Source of the DNA: an uncultured Chloroflexia bacterium
Lineage (GTDB): Bacteria > Chloroflexota > Limnocylindria > Limnocylindrales > CSP1-4
Assembly: GCA_963740825.1 (NCBI GenBank)
Contig: CAVUFD010000002.1
Location: 1,070,990-1,134,989, forward strand
Length of the DNA: 64,000 nt
Direction: 5' to 3'
The notes beneath the pieces are model-generated. The model saw only the letters and a program-made list of their open reading frames with translations. It did not search any database and had not been told where the DNA came from. The position numbers and the translations under genes were made by a program. Positions 9,571 through 19,457 of the stretch are shown piece after piece (positions within the stretch are counted from its first letter, which is position 1; each line of letters begins with the position of its first letter).

Positions 9571-10620
9571 TCAGACGTCGAACAGCTCGGACCAGCTCGG
9601 CTCCCCGCCGGAGAGGGCCTGGTCCACCGACATCGCGAGCTTCATGCGCTTGCTGAGGTCGTAGTCCTCACCGATCAGGCCGGCGAACCCGAGGTCGTCC
9701 TTGAGCCCGGCGTAGTCGTTCTTGAGCTGCGTCTTGACACGGGTCCGATCGGCGGTCGTGAGCTCCGGCGCCTCGTGCGCGGCGATGATCGCGGCGCGGT
9801 AGAACCCGTCTGCCTTCTCGAGGTCCTGGTCGGCGAGCGCCTCACTGGCCGCCTTCACATGCGCCGCGATCGCGCTCAGGCTCCGATACTCCGGGCCTGC
9901 CTCGGTGACCTCGAGCCGGAACAGGAGGTGGTCGATCCCCTCGAGCGGTGAATTGTTGGCGCCGAAGCGGAGCTGGCCGTTGGCCACGCTCAGCTGGCTC
10001 GGATCGACCTCCTGCTCGGTCGCCCTGATGGCCGCCCAGTAGCCGCCCCGCTGACCGGCGGCGAAGGCATCGTGCAGCGCGAGGTGGATCCCCCCGTCGT
10101 TCAGCAGCGACTGCAGTCCGGTCGCCAGCGGCGACGCGATGTTCAGGGCGCTCGAGAACTGGGGAACCGCCAGGAGCGCCGAGAAGCTGCTCAGGGTGGT
10201 GATGAAGCTCTTGAGGTAGTTCTCCCCCTGGACGGCGATCAGCCCGGCGTCCAGGCTCACGACCCCACCGTTGAACGGGATGAGAGGCGTCAGGACGAAG
10301 TTCCTCGCGATCACGTCCCCGCTCGCCTCCTGGGTCAGGCCGGCCCGGCTGGCGTCGGCGATGGTCGGGAAGTCCACCGGCTGGCCCTGGAAGTCGAACC
10401 TCACGAGGGCATGGACCGCGGGATACCAGGTCTGGAGGTACTGCACCTGCTTGGCGAGGTAGACGTTCGCGATCCAGAGGCGGAGGTAGTGCCGCCCGTA
10501 TTCGAGCGGCACGTAGTCGGTCGTGACGTCGACCCGAGCCGCATCGATCGGGACGTACACCATCTGCTTGGTCGTCTTGTCCCAGAGGTCTGTGAGGCGC
10601 TGCCTCAGGTCATCGAGCAC
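9571..10620 (-). CDS. Hypothetical protein, last gene of the CHAT/STAND operon (putative effector or substrate)
   Basis: Well-formed ORF; GGAGG 7 nt before GTG 10620 (alternative start 10635); central amphipathic helical hairpin. Confidence 0.8.
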   Translation of the reverse strand: MLDDLRQRLTDLWDKTTKQMVYVPIDAARVDVTTDYVPLEYGRHYLRLWIANVYLAKQVQYLQTWYPAVHALVRFDFQGQPVDFPTIADASRAGLTQEASGDVIARNFVLTPLIPFNGGVVSLDAGLIAVQGENYLKSFITTLSSFSALLAVPQFSSALNIASPLATGLQSLLNDGGIHLALHDAFAAGQRGGYWAAIRATEQEVDPSQLSVANGQLRFGANNSPLEGIDHLLFRLEVTEAGPEYRSLSAIAAHVKAASEALADQDLEKADGFYRAAIIAAHEAPELTTADRTRVKTQLKNDYAGLKDDLGFAGLIGEDYDLSKRMKLAMSVDQALSGGEPSWSELFDV

Positions 10621-10642
10621 TCCCGGTCCTCCCACCGTATGG

Positions 10643-13600
10643 TCAGCCCTGCCGCCGCGTCGGCATGTCGAACACGCAGACGTCGAGGGCTCGCTCCCAG
10701 GCGTCGGGCCGTTGCCCGGACGTCAGGACCGCAGCCTGCACCTTCGTCACCGCTGACAGGATGCCCGCCGGTCCGCCAGTCGCGAACCCGGCCGCGGCGC
10801 GATTGACGGCGTCCCAGGCGGTGGTCGCCAGCGACGGCTCCAGGGGCGGGATCACGACGACCCGCGACCCGAGACGCGCCAGCTCCGTGGCGAACAGGCG
10901 GGTGAGGTTGGCCGCCTCGCGGTCGCTCCCCACGCGCCCCGTCGCCTCCTCGGGCGGGTATCCCTGGACGATGAACAGGCCGGCCTGCGGATAGGCGCGC
11001 CGCAGGTCCTCAGGTCGCAGGACCTGGTCCGACGCGGTGTCGGCGACGGCGCTCGAGGACGAGGGGGCGACCTGCGACCCGTATGCGCGGGCCGGCGCGA
11101 GCCGCAACGCGCGTCCGCCGTGGTCCTCGACGGTGATGCCAATGACGTGCACGACGTCGGAAGCTGCTGGCTCACCGGTGTCCGGCGATCGAGCAGCACG
11201 GACGAGTGACCACGCGATCTTGCCCCCCGTCCGCTTCTCGAGGGCCCGGCGCACGATGCCGGCCGCGACGTCATCACCCGCGATCGTTTCGCCGATGAGC
11301 CGGCCCGCGTGAGCCCGACGGACGTCGGGCCGGCTCGCGTCGGCAAGGCGCGTGACCCGAACGGGCAGGTCGGTCGGCGCCGCCTCGGGACCGGTCATCG
11401 CGAGCGCGAGCATCGCCTCCCAGTTGAATCGGTGGAGGTCGCCTCGCGGGGAGAGCCGGACCTGCCATGGCGGTCGCATCAGCGGCACCTGGGCCGCCAC
11501 CAGCCCCTTGAGGCCGTCGGGCACCGACCTCGCGAGCGCGACGTACGCATCGAGGTCGGACACGACGGCCACCTCCGACGGATGTGCGCGGTACGGGCGG
11601 AGCTGCAGTGGAGGGAGACCGCGCACCGGTCGCAGGATCCACATCGTGGGGGTCAGCTTGACCGCGACTCGTCCGCTCCCACTCGACGAGGCGTTCGTGA
11701 GGCTCGGGCTGTCGCCGGGCGAGGTACCACCCGGCGCGTCCGAGAGTTGGATGTCGACGTCCAATCGTGTCCACAGCAGCGTCAGGGTCTTCATCGAGTC
11801 GCCGAACCGCCGACCGATCCAGATGAGCAGGCCGAACGCGGCGAGCGTCAGGCCGTACAGCGCGAACTGCTGCCAGAACCCGAGGCTGTCGACGCCGGAC
11901 CAGAGCAGCGCGACGAGGTAGTGCCACCCGATGAACAGGCCGACGACCAGGCCGATCGCCGTGCCGACGAGCGTCGCGATGTCCCGCCCAGCCGACGGGG
12001 CCGCGGGCAGCTCGAGATCGACAGGCCCGGAACCCCGGCGGCTGCGGTACCGCGCCCACTCCGTCGGCAACGCGACCCCGGTGGCCGAGGACACGCCGTA
12101 GCGCTGCTCCAGCCACGTCGCGAACGCGTCGGCGGCTGCGACGCCTGACGGTCCGTTCGCCGTGCTGCGCACGGCCAGCGAGGCGATCAGCCGGGCGAAC
12201 CAGGGACGAAGCTCAGGTGGCTCGAGCTGGTCGAAGGCGGCGTCGGTCGGCGCGGCCGCGATCGCCTCCAGCTCCTCTGTCGTCGCGAGCGTGGACACGC
12301 CTCTTCGTCCGAGGTCGATCGCCATCGCCAGATACGCCGCGAGCGCCGCGGCGGCGAACGGCGCGGCATCGTCCGAGGTCCCTCCTGGCCCCTCCTCCGT
12401 TGCTTGCGGGTGCGTCCCGAGCAGGGCCGCGAGCGCCGCCGTCGAGAACGCCCCGAACGCGTCGCGGCAGGTGGCATACCGGGCGTTCGCCCACGCGAGG
12501 ATCGGCACTGCCGCCTCCGGCAGGCGCAGGGCGAGCAGCTCCGCCTCCTCGAAGGCGATCTCCGCGCAGCGTCGGGGACCGATGCGCTCGAGGAGGCTCG
12601 CCGGGACCATCGCCTCGATCGATGGCATGCCCTCGCCCAGCACGGCGTCCCGGAGGACGACCCGGAGTGTCCCCTCAGGCCGACCCGGGTAGCGGGCCGA
12701 CCAGGCCGGCCCGGACCGCTCGATGCTGACCGTGAAGCTGCGGCCCGGCAGGTGGACGCCGTACGCCGCCGCAACGAGCACGAGCTCACGGAGGTCGCGA
12801 AACAGCATGTCGCTGTCCGCGACGCCGACGCTGGGCACGGCCGTCGCCGCGGGCTCGACCGTCGCGAGGCCCCATGTCACGAGATCCCGGGCCGACCCAC
12901 GATCGATGGCGTAGCTCGCCTGCCACGTCAGGTGGATCTCCTCCGGTGGGACCTGTCCGCGGTCGAGGGGTTGCGCCGGCCCGGCGAGGCCTTGGAGCGA
13001 CCGGAACAGGGCCCTGTCCGCGAGGCGAGGCGACGACGCAAGGGAGCCTGCGACGGTCTCACCCTCGTCGGTCGAACGTAGTCGGCGACTCAGCCATGCC
13101 ATCGCACGGTCGGCGCTCCGCTGCAGCTCCATGTTCTGCGCCGCGCTCGCGGTCGCTGCCGCGGCCTGCAGGTGGCGCCGGGCCTGGGCGTAGAGGCCGA
13201 AGGCGCTCTGGAGCTCCGCGACGCGGACGAACAACGGCGGCACGAGCCGGTGTGCGTTGATCGGCTCAAGGCCCATCGTGACGACGTTGGGCACGAGGAG
13301 CCACTTGGCGACGTCCTTCCAGCCGGCCACCATGCCCTCGGGCGTCTCGGTAAGCCGTTCCGCGAGCCTCATCGCCAGGATCGTCGAGACGAGCCGGTCG
13401 CCATCGGCCGTCGAGACATCGGCATCGACGACCCCGAGCATCGCGATGGTCTCCGCGGGCGATCGGACGGCAGGGTAGGCCGTGCGCGCCACCTCGAGGC
13501 GGACGCGCGTGGCGACATCGGGCGGCGCCTGCCAGTCGACCCATGGCACTTCCGGTCGCTGAGCAGGCACAAGCTCGAGGGCCCGGGCGAGGAGGTGTCC

Positions 13601-16600
13601 GGCCCAATCCGGGTCGGGAGCGAGCACAGCGGCCCGGCCCGCCTGGAGATGCAGCATGGCCCGGAGGGCATCGATCGCCGCCGGCCCGCCTTCGGTATCC
13701 GCGAGCCACGACGAATGCGTGCGTTCCACTTCAGCCGCGACCCACTGCGGACCGGACGTCGTCAGCCCGATGCCCTCACGGGCCGACCGGGTGTTGTGCA
13801 GGTCGACCCACGGCGTTGGAACCTCGATCTCGTAGGCCACGCGATCAACCGATGTCAGCGGGCCAAAGTCCGGGTGGTCGATCGTCCATCCGCCGCCCGT
13901 CGCGAGCGTGGCGACGATGGCCAGCGAGTCGTCGCCCGGATGGTTCGGGTCGTAGATCCGGATCTCGATGTGGTCGGCGGCCTCTGCCGCCGCAAACCCC
14001 ACCACGTGGTGGCGGCCATCCCTCGCCGCGTCGCCTTGCCGGGCGGGTGTCCTGAACGAGAGCCTGAGCGGGACGGGCCGACCTGCGGCAATGTCTGCCC
14101 GGATTGAAGGCCACGTCTCGGCGAACGAGTGCGTCGAACCGCGACGAACCAGCAGGGTCTGCCGCCTCGCGAGGTAGGCGAACTCCGGGCTGCCATTCGG
14201 CGGCGGCGAGGTGTCGTCCGGCGGAGCGATGCCGCGCATCCACAGGTCGACGGCGGCGACCGCCATGCCGCCGTCGAGCCCATCAGCCGCGTCCCCGATG
14301 GACAGCCCGCTGACCTTCGCGATCGGGCCGGGCGGAAAGCTGTTGACGAATCGCCAGGCGTTCCGCGACGGCCGGAAGCCGGTGTCCAGCTCGTCCGCGG
14401 CCCGCGACGCCGTCGGTGCGAATCCGGGGCCGGGCCGGGGCAGCTCCAGGAGCTTCCGGTTGGCCGCCGGGTCAAGCTCGACGAAATCGACCAGCGTCTC
14501 GATCGCGGCCAGCGCCGATGCCGCCTCCTGGGCGTTCGCGAACGGCAGATCCGCCGCCTGCCAGGCGACCCACAGCTCATGGACGAGGTCGGCTGACGGC
14601 GGGGCGCCGGCGTGCCTCGCCGCGGCGACCTGCCCCGCCAGCGCACGCCGATAGAGGCGTTCGAGCAGCGGCGTCTTCGCGTGGGCCCGCGCCGCCTCGG
14701 CCACCTCGAGCCAGGCCGACCCGAGGGCGACGGCGTCGCCCGCCTGCTGGAGCAGGCGGACCCGAGTGGCCAGGACGAACGGGCGTAGCGGGTTCTCGCT
14801 GACGCCGATCGGGTCGTCGGGCTCGACGGGCCGGGCCGCCCCGTCGCTGGACAGGACGCGGTCGAGCACCTCCCGCATCCAGGCCGGCCGTTCCGCGAAC
14901 AGGCGGTGCTGGACCATGGTCCACCACGTCGCGCCTCGGGCGGGGTCGTGGGCGAGGACGCGCAGGCCGCTGTCGAAGTCGGCCCAATCGAGCGCGCCGA
15001 GGTCACCCTCGATCGTCAGCTGCTCGATGGCGCGCGCGCTCGGCTCGAGCTCCGACGCCTGCGGTCGGCCATGCCCGGCGAAGTAGCGCACCAGCATGTC
15101 GCGGACGTCCGGGGCCAGGTCCAGGATCTCGCGCTCCGGCTCGCCGCCCGAACGGTGCATGCCGACCCACTCCTGGTCGGCCAACGCCCTGAACTGGCGC
15201 TCGCCCTCTTCCTCGCCCAGGTTCGCGGCGGCGCGGAAGGTGGTCAGGTCGAAGTGGCCCAGCGTCGCCACGCGTGGCAGGACCTCCTCGAGCCCCGCGT
15301 CGCGCAGGCGCTGGATGAGCCGGAGCTCGACGTACCGCCCCGAGCCCGCGGTCTCCACCATCTCGGGCGTGGGCGGGGGCGTCGATCGCGCCCAGTCGAG
15401 GTACATCCGCACCAGGTAGGGGTTGCAACGAGGGACGTCGCGCGGGCCGTCGTCGGGATCGTCGTAGTCGACCTCGATGCTGGTCCTCAGGTCGGGCGAG
15501 CTGGCCCGGATGACCGGCTCGACCAGCAATTCGGGCACCTTCTCGTGCTTCAGGTACAGCCGTGTCTCGTCGTGGGAGAAGCCGCGGATCTCGTGGATCC
15601 GCAGGTACGGCCGATCGGGCAGCGTGGAGCTGGGAACGTTCCAGCCGGCCCCGCCTGCGGCGAGCGCGCGCCTGCCGGAGAAGATCACGCGGAGGCCCGG
15701 GACGCCGCCGTTCGGCGGCGCCTGGTCGTCCACGAGCGCATCGGGGCCGTCGTGCAGGGCGCGGAGGATGCGGAACGTCTCCTCGAGGGTCGAGTCCGTG
15801 CCGGCCTCCGGCTCGACCTTGGCGAGCTCCTCGCAGGTGTCGAGCACGATCACCACGCGCTTCCCGATCGATTGGATGGCCTCGATGTAGGCGCGAATCC
15901 CCGCGGCCATGCGCGGGTCGAGGGTCGCGCGTTCGCGCCTGAGGCCGTCAGCCTTCTGGGTCTCGTGCAGGAGCGTGAACTGCTCCTCGGCCCGGTCGAA
16001 CAGGTTGTTCGTGGTCACGTTGCCGGCCGGACGCAGCTCGGCCGCCAGATCGACCAGGAGCAGCCCGGGATTGAGCCTCGGGTAGTCGAGGTTCAGATAG
16101 TCGAAGTCCACTCGCGCGACCGCCGCCTCGCGGTCGAACGGGCGGGGATCGCCGGAGCATGGCGACCCGGGCGCCTGGGTCATCAGGCAGGTCGCGTAGC
16201 GAACGACCATCGTCTTGCCCACGCCACCCGGCCCGATGAGGTGCAGCGCCCACCGGTCGTCCGGACCGTCGACGAGGGTCCGGATCGCCTCGATCTGCTC
16301 CTCGCGCCGGTGGAAGGCCATGAGGTGGCGGAAGTCGAGCTCTCGCCGCTTCGAGAGTTCGATCGTGCGGCCGGCGCCGGCGATCGCGAGGCTGAGATCC
16401 CTCGCGGCCGCGTATTCGAACAGGACGGCCAGCGGCCGGGCGACGTCGATCCAGTCGCGGATCGTCGCGACGTCCAGAACCTCGAAGGCGATCGCCAGCT
16501 TCTGCTCGAACGCCTTGGCGGCGGCCTTGGCATCCTCCGCATGGATCGCCAGCTCACTCCAGTCGAGCATCGGTTCGGGGACGGCGGCCACTGGGCGGAC

Positions 16601-17128
16601 GGCGTGGACCTGCGCACCGATCTGCGCCGTCGTCGCGAGCAGGCTCCCCGCGCCACGGATGACTTCCGGACGTCCCCGTGCCGTCGCCGTCTGGCGTGCG
16701 CGGAGGAGCGGCGACTCGGCTGCCCGACGCTGGCCGCCGGCCGGTGGATCGCCGGCGCCGTCGTTGCGTTCGACGGCGAGGTACGCCCGCATCGTCTCGG
16801 CTCGGGCGACCGCGGTCATCACGTAGTAGTCCGCGTCCGGTCCCGCGTCAGGTCCTGCGTCGACCGGATAGACGTCGACGACACCCGCGGCGCGCAGCCG
16901 CGCGAGGGCGTCTGCGACGCTCTCGTCGGGGGCCGTCGGGAACCCGCATGCCTCCGCGAGGCGGATCGTCCAGCCCGGTGCAAGGGCGGCCCAGACGCGT
17001 GCCGGTTCCTGTGCGGCCGACGTTCGAGACCGCTCCGCCTCCTCCAGGACGGTGGCCATGGACTCGTCGAGTCGGCGACTCAGCTCGACGAGGTCGGGAT
17101 CGCTCGGCCCAGGCGGGGCGGCGGTCAC
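10643..17128 (-). CDS. Giant STAND-type ATP-binding protein with inserted papain-like pseudo-protease, 2 TM helices and a degenerate C-terminal CHAT-like domain
   Basis: 2161 aa. Walker A GPGGVGKT (~16211-16234), Walker B VIVLDTCEE, sensor VIFSGRR, IRGFS..E and CNP motifs; GLDGGM/HHVV/IYDPN insert; TM ~11815-11980. Confidence 0.82.
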   Translation of the reverse strand: MTAAPPGPSDPDLVELSRRLDESMATVLEEAERSRTSAAQEPARVWAALAPGWTIRLAEACGFPTAPDESVADALARLRAAGVVDVYPVDAGPDAGPDADYYVMTAVARAETMRAYLAVERNDGAGDPPAGGQRRAAESPLLRARQTATARGRPEVIRGAGSLLATTAQIGAQVHAVRPVAAVPEPMLDWSELAIHAEDAKAAAKAFEQKLAIAFEVLDVATIRDWIDVARPLAVLFEYAAARDLSLAIAGAGRTIELSKRRELDFRHLMAFHRREEQIEAIRTLVDGPDDRWALHLIGPGGVGKTMVVRYATCLMTQAPGSPCSGDPRPFDREAAVARVDFDYLNLDYPRLNPGLLLVDLAAELRPAGNVTTNNLFDRAEEQFTLLHETQKADGLRRERATLDPRMAAGIRAYIEAIQSIGKRVVIVLDTCEELAKVEPEAGTDSTLEETFRILRALHDGPDALVDDQAPPNGGVPGLRVIFSGRRALAAGGAGWNVPSSTLPDRPYLRIHEIRGFSHDETRLYLKHEKVPELLVEPVIRASSPDLRTSIEVDYDDPDDGPRDVPRCNPYLVRMYLDWARSTPPPTPEMVETAGSGRYVELRLIQRLRDAGLEEVLPRVATLGHFDLTTFRAAANLGEEEGERQFRALADQEWVGMHRSGGEPEREILDLAPDVRDMLVRYFAGHGRPQASELEPSARAIEQLTIEGDLGALDWADFDSGLRVLAHDPARGATWWTMVQHRLFAERPAWMREVLDRVLSSDGAARPVEPDDPIGVSENPLRPFVLATRVRLLQQAGDAVALGSAWLEVAEAARAHAKTPLLERLYRRALAGQVAAARHAGAPPSADLVHELWVAWQAADLPFANAQEAASALAAIETLVDFVELDPAANRKLLELPRPGPGFAPTASRAADELDTGFRPSRNAWRFVNSFPPGPIAKVSGLSIGDAADGLDGGMAVAAVDLWMRGIAPPDDTSPPPNGSPEFAYLARRQTLLVRRGSTHSFAETWPSIRADIAAGRPVPLRLSFRTPARQGDAARDGRHHVVGFAAAEAADHIEIRIYDPNHPGDDSLAIVATLATGGGWTIDHPDFGPLTSVDRVAYEIEVPTPWVDLHNTRSAREGIGLTTSGPQWVAAEVERTHSSWLADTEGGPAAIDALRAMLHLQAGRAAVLAPDPDWAGHLLARALELVPAQRPEVPWVDWQAPPDVATRVRLEVARTAYPAVRSPAETIAMLGVVDADVSTADGDRLVSTILAMRLAERLTETPEGMVAGWKDVAKWLLVPNVVTMGLEPINAHRLVPPLFVRVAELQSAFGLYAQARRHLQAAAATASAAQNMELQRSADRAMAWLSRRLRSTDEGETVAGSLASSPRLADRALFRSLQGLAGPAQPLDRGQVPPEEIHLTWQASYAIDRGSARDLVTWGLATVEPAATAVPSVGVADSDMLFRDLRELVLVAAAYGVHLPGRSFTVSIERSGPAWSARYPGRPEGTLRVVLRDAVLGEGMPSIEAMVPASLLERIGPRRCAEIAFEEAELLALRLPEAAVPILAWANARYATCRDAFGAFSTAALAALLGTHPQATEEGPGGTSDDAAPFAAAALAAYLAMAIDLGRRGVSTLATTEELEAIAAAPTDAAFDQLEPPELRPWFARLIASLAVRSTANGPSGVAAADAFATWLEQRYGVSSATGVALPTEWARYRSRRGSGPVDLELPAAPSAGRDIATLVGTAIGLVVGLFIGWHYLVALLWSGVDSLGFWQQFALYGLTLAAFGLLIWIGRRFGDSMKTLTLLWTRLDVDIQLSDAPGGTSPGDSPSLTNASSSGSGRVAVKLTPTMWILRPVRGLPPLQLRPYRAHPSEVAVVSDLDAYVALARSVPDGLKGLVAAQVPLMRPPWQVRLSPRGDLHRFNWEAMLALAMTGPEAAPTDLPVRVTRLADASRPDVRRAHAGRLIGETIAGDDVAAGIVRRALEKRTGGKIAWSLVRAARSPDTGEPAASDVVHVIGITVEDHGGRALRLAPARAYGSQVAPSSSSAVADTASDQVLRPEDLRRAYPQAGLFIVQGYPPEEATGRVGSDREAANLTRLFATELARLGSRVVVIPPLEPSLATTAWDAVNRAAAGFATGGPAGILSAVTKVQAAVLTSGQRPDAWERALDVCVFDMPTRRQG

Positions 17129-19446
17129 GGCTCGCCTCCCGTCCGTCCGGCCGCGCGCTTGGCTTCCGCGTCGAGCGCGTCGTCGTCGTTTGCCGTCCGC
17201 ATCTGCGGCGTGAGGTCCCGCAGCATGTTGATCGCATTCGTCACGACCTCTTGGTCGAGCTTGGCCGGGACGCCCCAGCCGGTCGACTGCGCCAGGTTGA
17301 AGACGATGAGCCGGTCCAGCGAGTCACGGGCCGCGATGCTCAGTGGGGTCGGCACGTGCTCGGGCCGCCACCCGAGCAGGAACTGGCGGTACACCAGCGA
17401 CGCCTCCTGATAGACGGGTGCGTCGTCCGTCGAGTCCTGCTTGAGGAATCTCCCGTGCAGCGGGCCGAGGGGCAGGCGATCGACGTCGCTCGACTGCAGG
17501 AAGTCGTTGATCGCGTTGATCGTGGTCGCCTGGGGCTCGACCGGGATCGTGTGATAGGTCAGCACGGCGCGTGTCGACGTTCGTGCGCGCTCGTCGACGA
17601 GCCCCTGACTGCCAAACAGTTCGACGAACGTGTCCCAGAACAGGAGATCGTGTGCGTCCTCCAGGAACAGGACGACCTTCACGTCCGCCTCCGCGCTCAC
17701 AAGGCCGCGCTGCTCGCAGACGACGCGTCGGATCTCGAGCAGATCGAGCATCAGCGCCTTCGCGAGCTTCTGATCGTCGCTGAGTCCGAATGCGGCGAAT
17801 TCGCCCGGCAGGCCACTCACGGGCGGATCGGCGAGCAGCTGGCGCGTCAATGCCCAGAACTCGGGCAGGCGTCCCTGAAGGGCTGCGTGCTCGGGCATGT
17901 GGCCGAGGAATGTCACGGTGTTGGCGAAGGCCTTGGCGATCAGCTCGACAAAGACCCCCGGGCGGCTCGGCCACTTGTGATTTGAGATTCCGAGCTGGAC
18001 CTTGCTGACGAGGATCGGGATGTGCCCATCGCGCAGCGCCTCGCCCGCCAGCTCCTGCAGGAGTCGCTCGCTGCCGTATTGGGGCTGAGACTGCTGGTCG
18101 CTGTCGGTCGCGTCGCGCCGGTCGACCGGGATCACGAGGAATTGCTTGCCGCCGTTCGAGACCAGGTTTCGATAGGCGGCGAAGAAGGACCATCGGCCGC
18201 AGAACACCGGGTAGTCCGGTTTCCGCGTGAACATCTGGGCGGCCTCGAGGCGCGCCTGATCAGGGTCGGTGACCGTGAGGTCGATGCTCACCGGCCCGAT
18301 GGCTTCGGCCATGTACAGCGTCGGGAGGGCCCAGTCGATCTGCGATCGAGCGTCGTAGTTACCGAACAGGATTCCGGCACGCCGGCCCTTGGCCGCCGCC
18401 TGCGCGATCTCATCGCCGCTCAACAGCGACGTGTAGAAGCCGCGCGTGAACAGGCGGCAGGCCTGGTCCGCGACGTTGCCGGACATGCCGACCACCACCG
18501 GGATGCCGCGCGCCACGAGCTCCGCGGCCATCGGTCGCCCGATCGACACCTCTTCGGCGGACGTCGGGGCGCAAGCGTTCAGCACGACCAGGCCGGGCAG
18601 CGTCAGGTTCGCCTCGGTCGCGAGGAGGCCGAGGAGCCGCTCCGCGTCGACCGGGTCATCCATCGTCTTGTCCGGCTCGCCGCGGAAGGCGATGACCGGC
18701 CGGTCATCGGACATCTTGCCGTGCCCGATGACGTGGACGACGTTCGGCTTGAACGACTGGATGGCCCGTGAGACGTCCGACGCTGTCGCCCCGATCAGCA
18801 GTCGGGTGTTGAGCACCTTGTTCACGTGCTTCAGCGCGCGAAGCAGCCCGAGGTACTCGGCACCGGCACGGATGTTCGGGTCGCCGAGCTCGGACGCAAC
18901 GACGACGAGCACCTTGGGCGGCGACGGGAGGTGCGTGATGCGCCGGGCGTCGTCGCCCGTGCCGGCGACCCGCCGTGTCATCTGCACGCCAGAGGCGGCG
19001 AGAAAGGCCGCATCGGGTCCCGTGGTGTGCATCACATCCCAGGGCAGGACGTTCATCTTCGAGTCCGCCGGCCAGGTGAGCGCGAGCTCGATCTCGTCGC
19101 GCCGCGTCGCAGCCGCGACGATCTTCGTCCACAGCTCACTGCCGAGCAGCGTGTTGAACAGGTAGACGCCGAACCGCTGGACACCGTCCTGCGCGGCGGC
19201 CTGGTTCATCACGTTCCGGAACTCCATGTCCAGCCCATCCGCGGTGATCCCGTCAGGGAGCGCATCGGGGCTCCCGATCGGAGGGAGCGGGTAGGCCGAC
19301 GTGTCGGTCGCCACCTCTACGAGCACTCGCGGCTCGGGAAGGATCAGGTCCTGTGAGCCCGGCACGCGCATCGGCTGGCCATCCAGGTCGAGCACGCGCA
19401 CGCTCCAGCCGTGCGGCAGCGTCTCGACGTCGATGGTGAACCGCAT
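17125..19446 (-). CDS. CHAT domain protease fused to a degenerate (inactive) STAND NTPase
   Basis: LPWDVM, VHVIGHG (His), LVVLNACA (Cys), GIPVVVGM and DWALPTLY; C-terminal FCGR...YGSERLL...VVLFLEDAH. Its stop overlaps the next start (GTGA). Confidence 0.85.
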   Translation of the reverse strand: MRFTIDVETLPHGWSVRVLDLDGQPMRVPGSQDLILPEPRVLVEVATDTSAYPLPPIGSPDALPDGITADGLDMEFRNVMNQAAAQDGVQRFGVYLFNTLLGSELWTKIVAAATRRDEIELALTWPADSKMNVLPWDVMHTTGPDAAFLAASGVQMTRRVAGTGDDARRITHLPSPPKVLVVVASELGDPNIRAGAEYLGLLRALKHVNKVLNTRLLIGATASDVSRAIQSFKPNVVHVIGHGKMSDDRPVIAFRGEPDKTMDDPVDAERLLGLLATEANLTLPGLVVLNACAPTSAEEVSIGRPMAAELVARGIPVVVGMSGNVADQACRLFTRGFYTSLLSGDEIAQAAAKGRRAGILFGNYDARSQIDWALPTLYMAEAIGPVSIDLTVTDPDQARLEAAQMFTRKPDYPVFCGRWSFFAAYRNLVSNGGKQFLVIPVDRRDATDSDQQSQPQYGSERLLQELAGEALRDGHIPILVSKVQLGISNHKWPSRPGVFVELIAKAFANTVTFLGHMPEHAALQGRLPEFWALTRQLLADPPVSGLPGEFAAFGLSDDQKLAKALMLDLLEIRRVVCEQRGLVSAEADVKVVLFLEDAHDLLFWDTFVELFGSQGLVDERARTSTRAVLTYHTIPVEPQATTINAINDFLQSSDVDRLPLGPLHGRFLKQDSTDDAPVYQEASLVYRQFLLGWRPEHVPTPLSIAARDSLDRLIVFNLAQSTGWGVPAKLDQEVVTNAINMLRDLTPQMRTANDDDALDAEAKRAAGRTGGEP

Positions 19447-19457
19447 GGTGGGCCGCC

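Noticed and set aside
9571-10620. Canonical bacterial gasdermin call
   Set aside because: No N-terminal palmitoylation Cys and no recognisable gasdermin strand pattern; kept only as an unknown effector candidate.
14906-17410. 834-aa plus-strand ORF and other long ORFs inside the giant gene
   Set aside because: Antisense shadows of the STAND ATPase.
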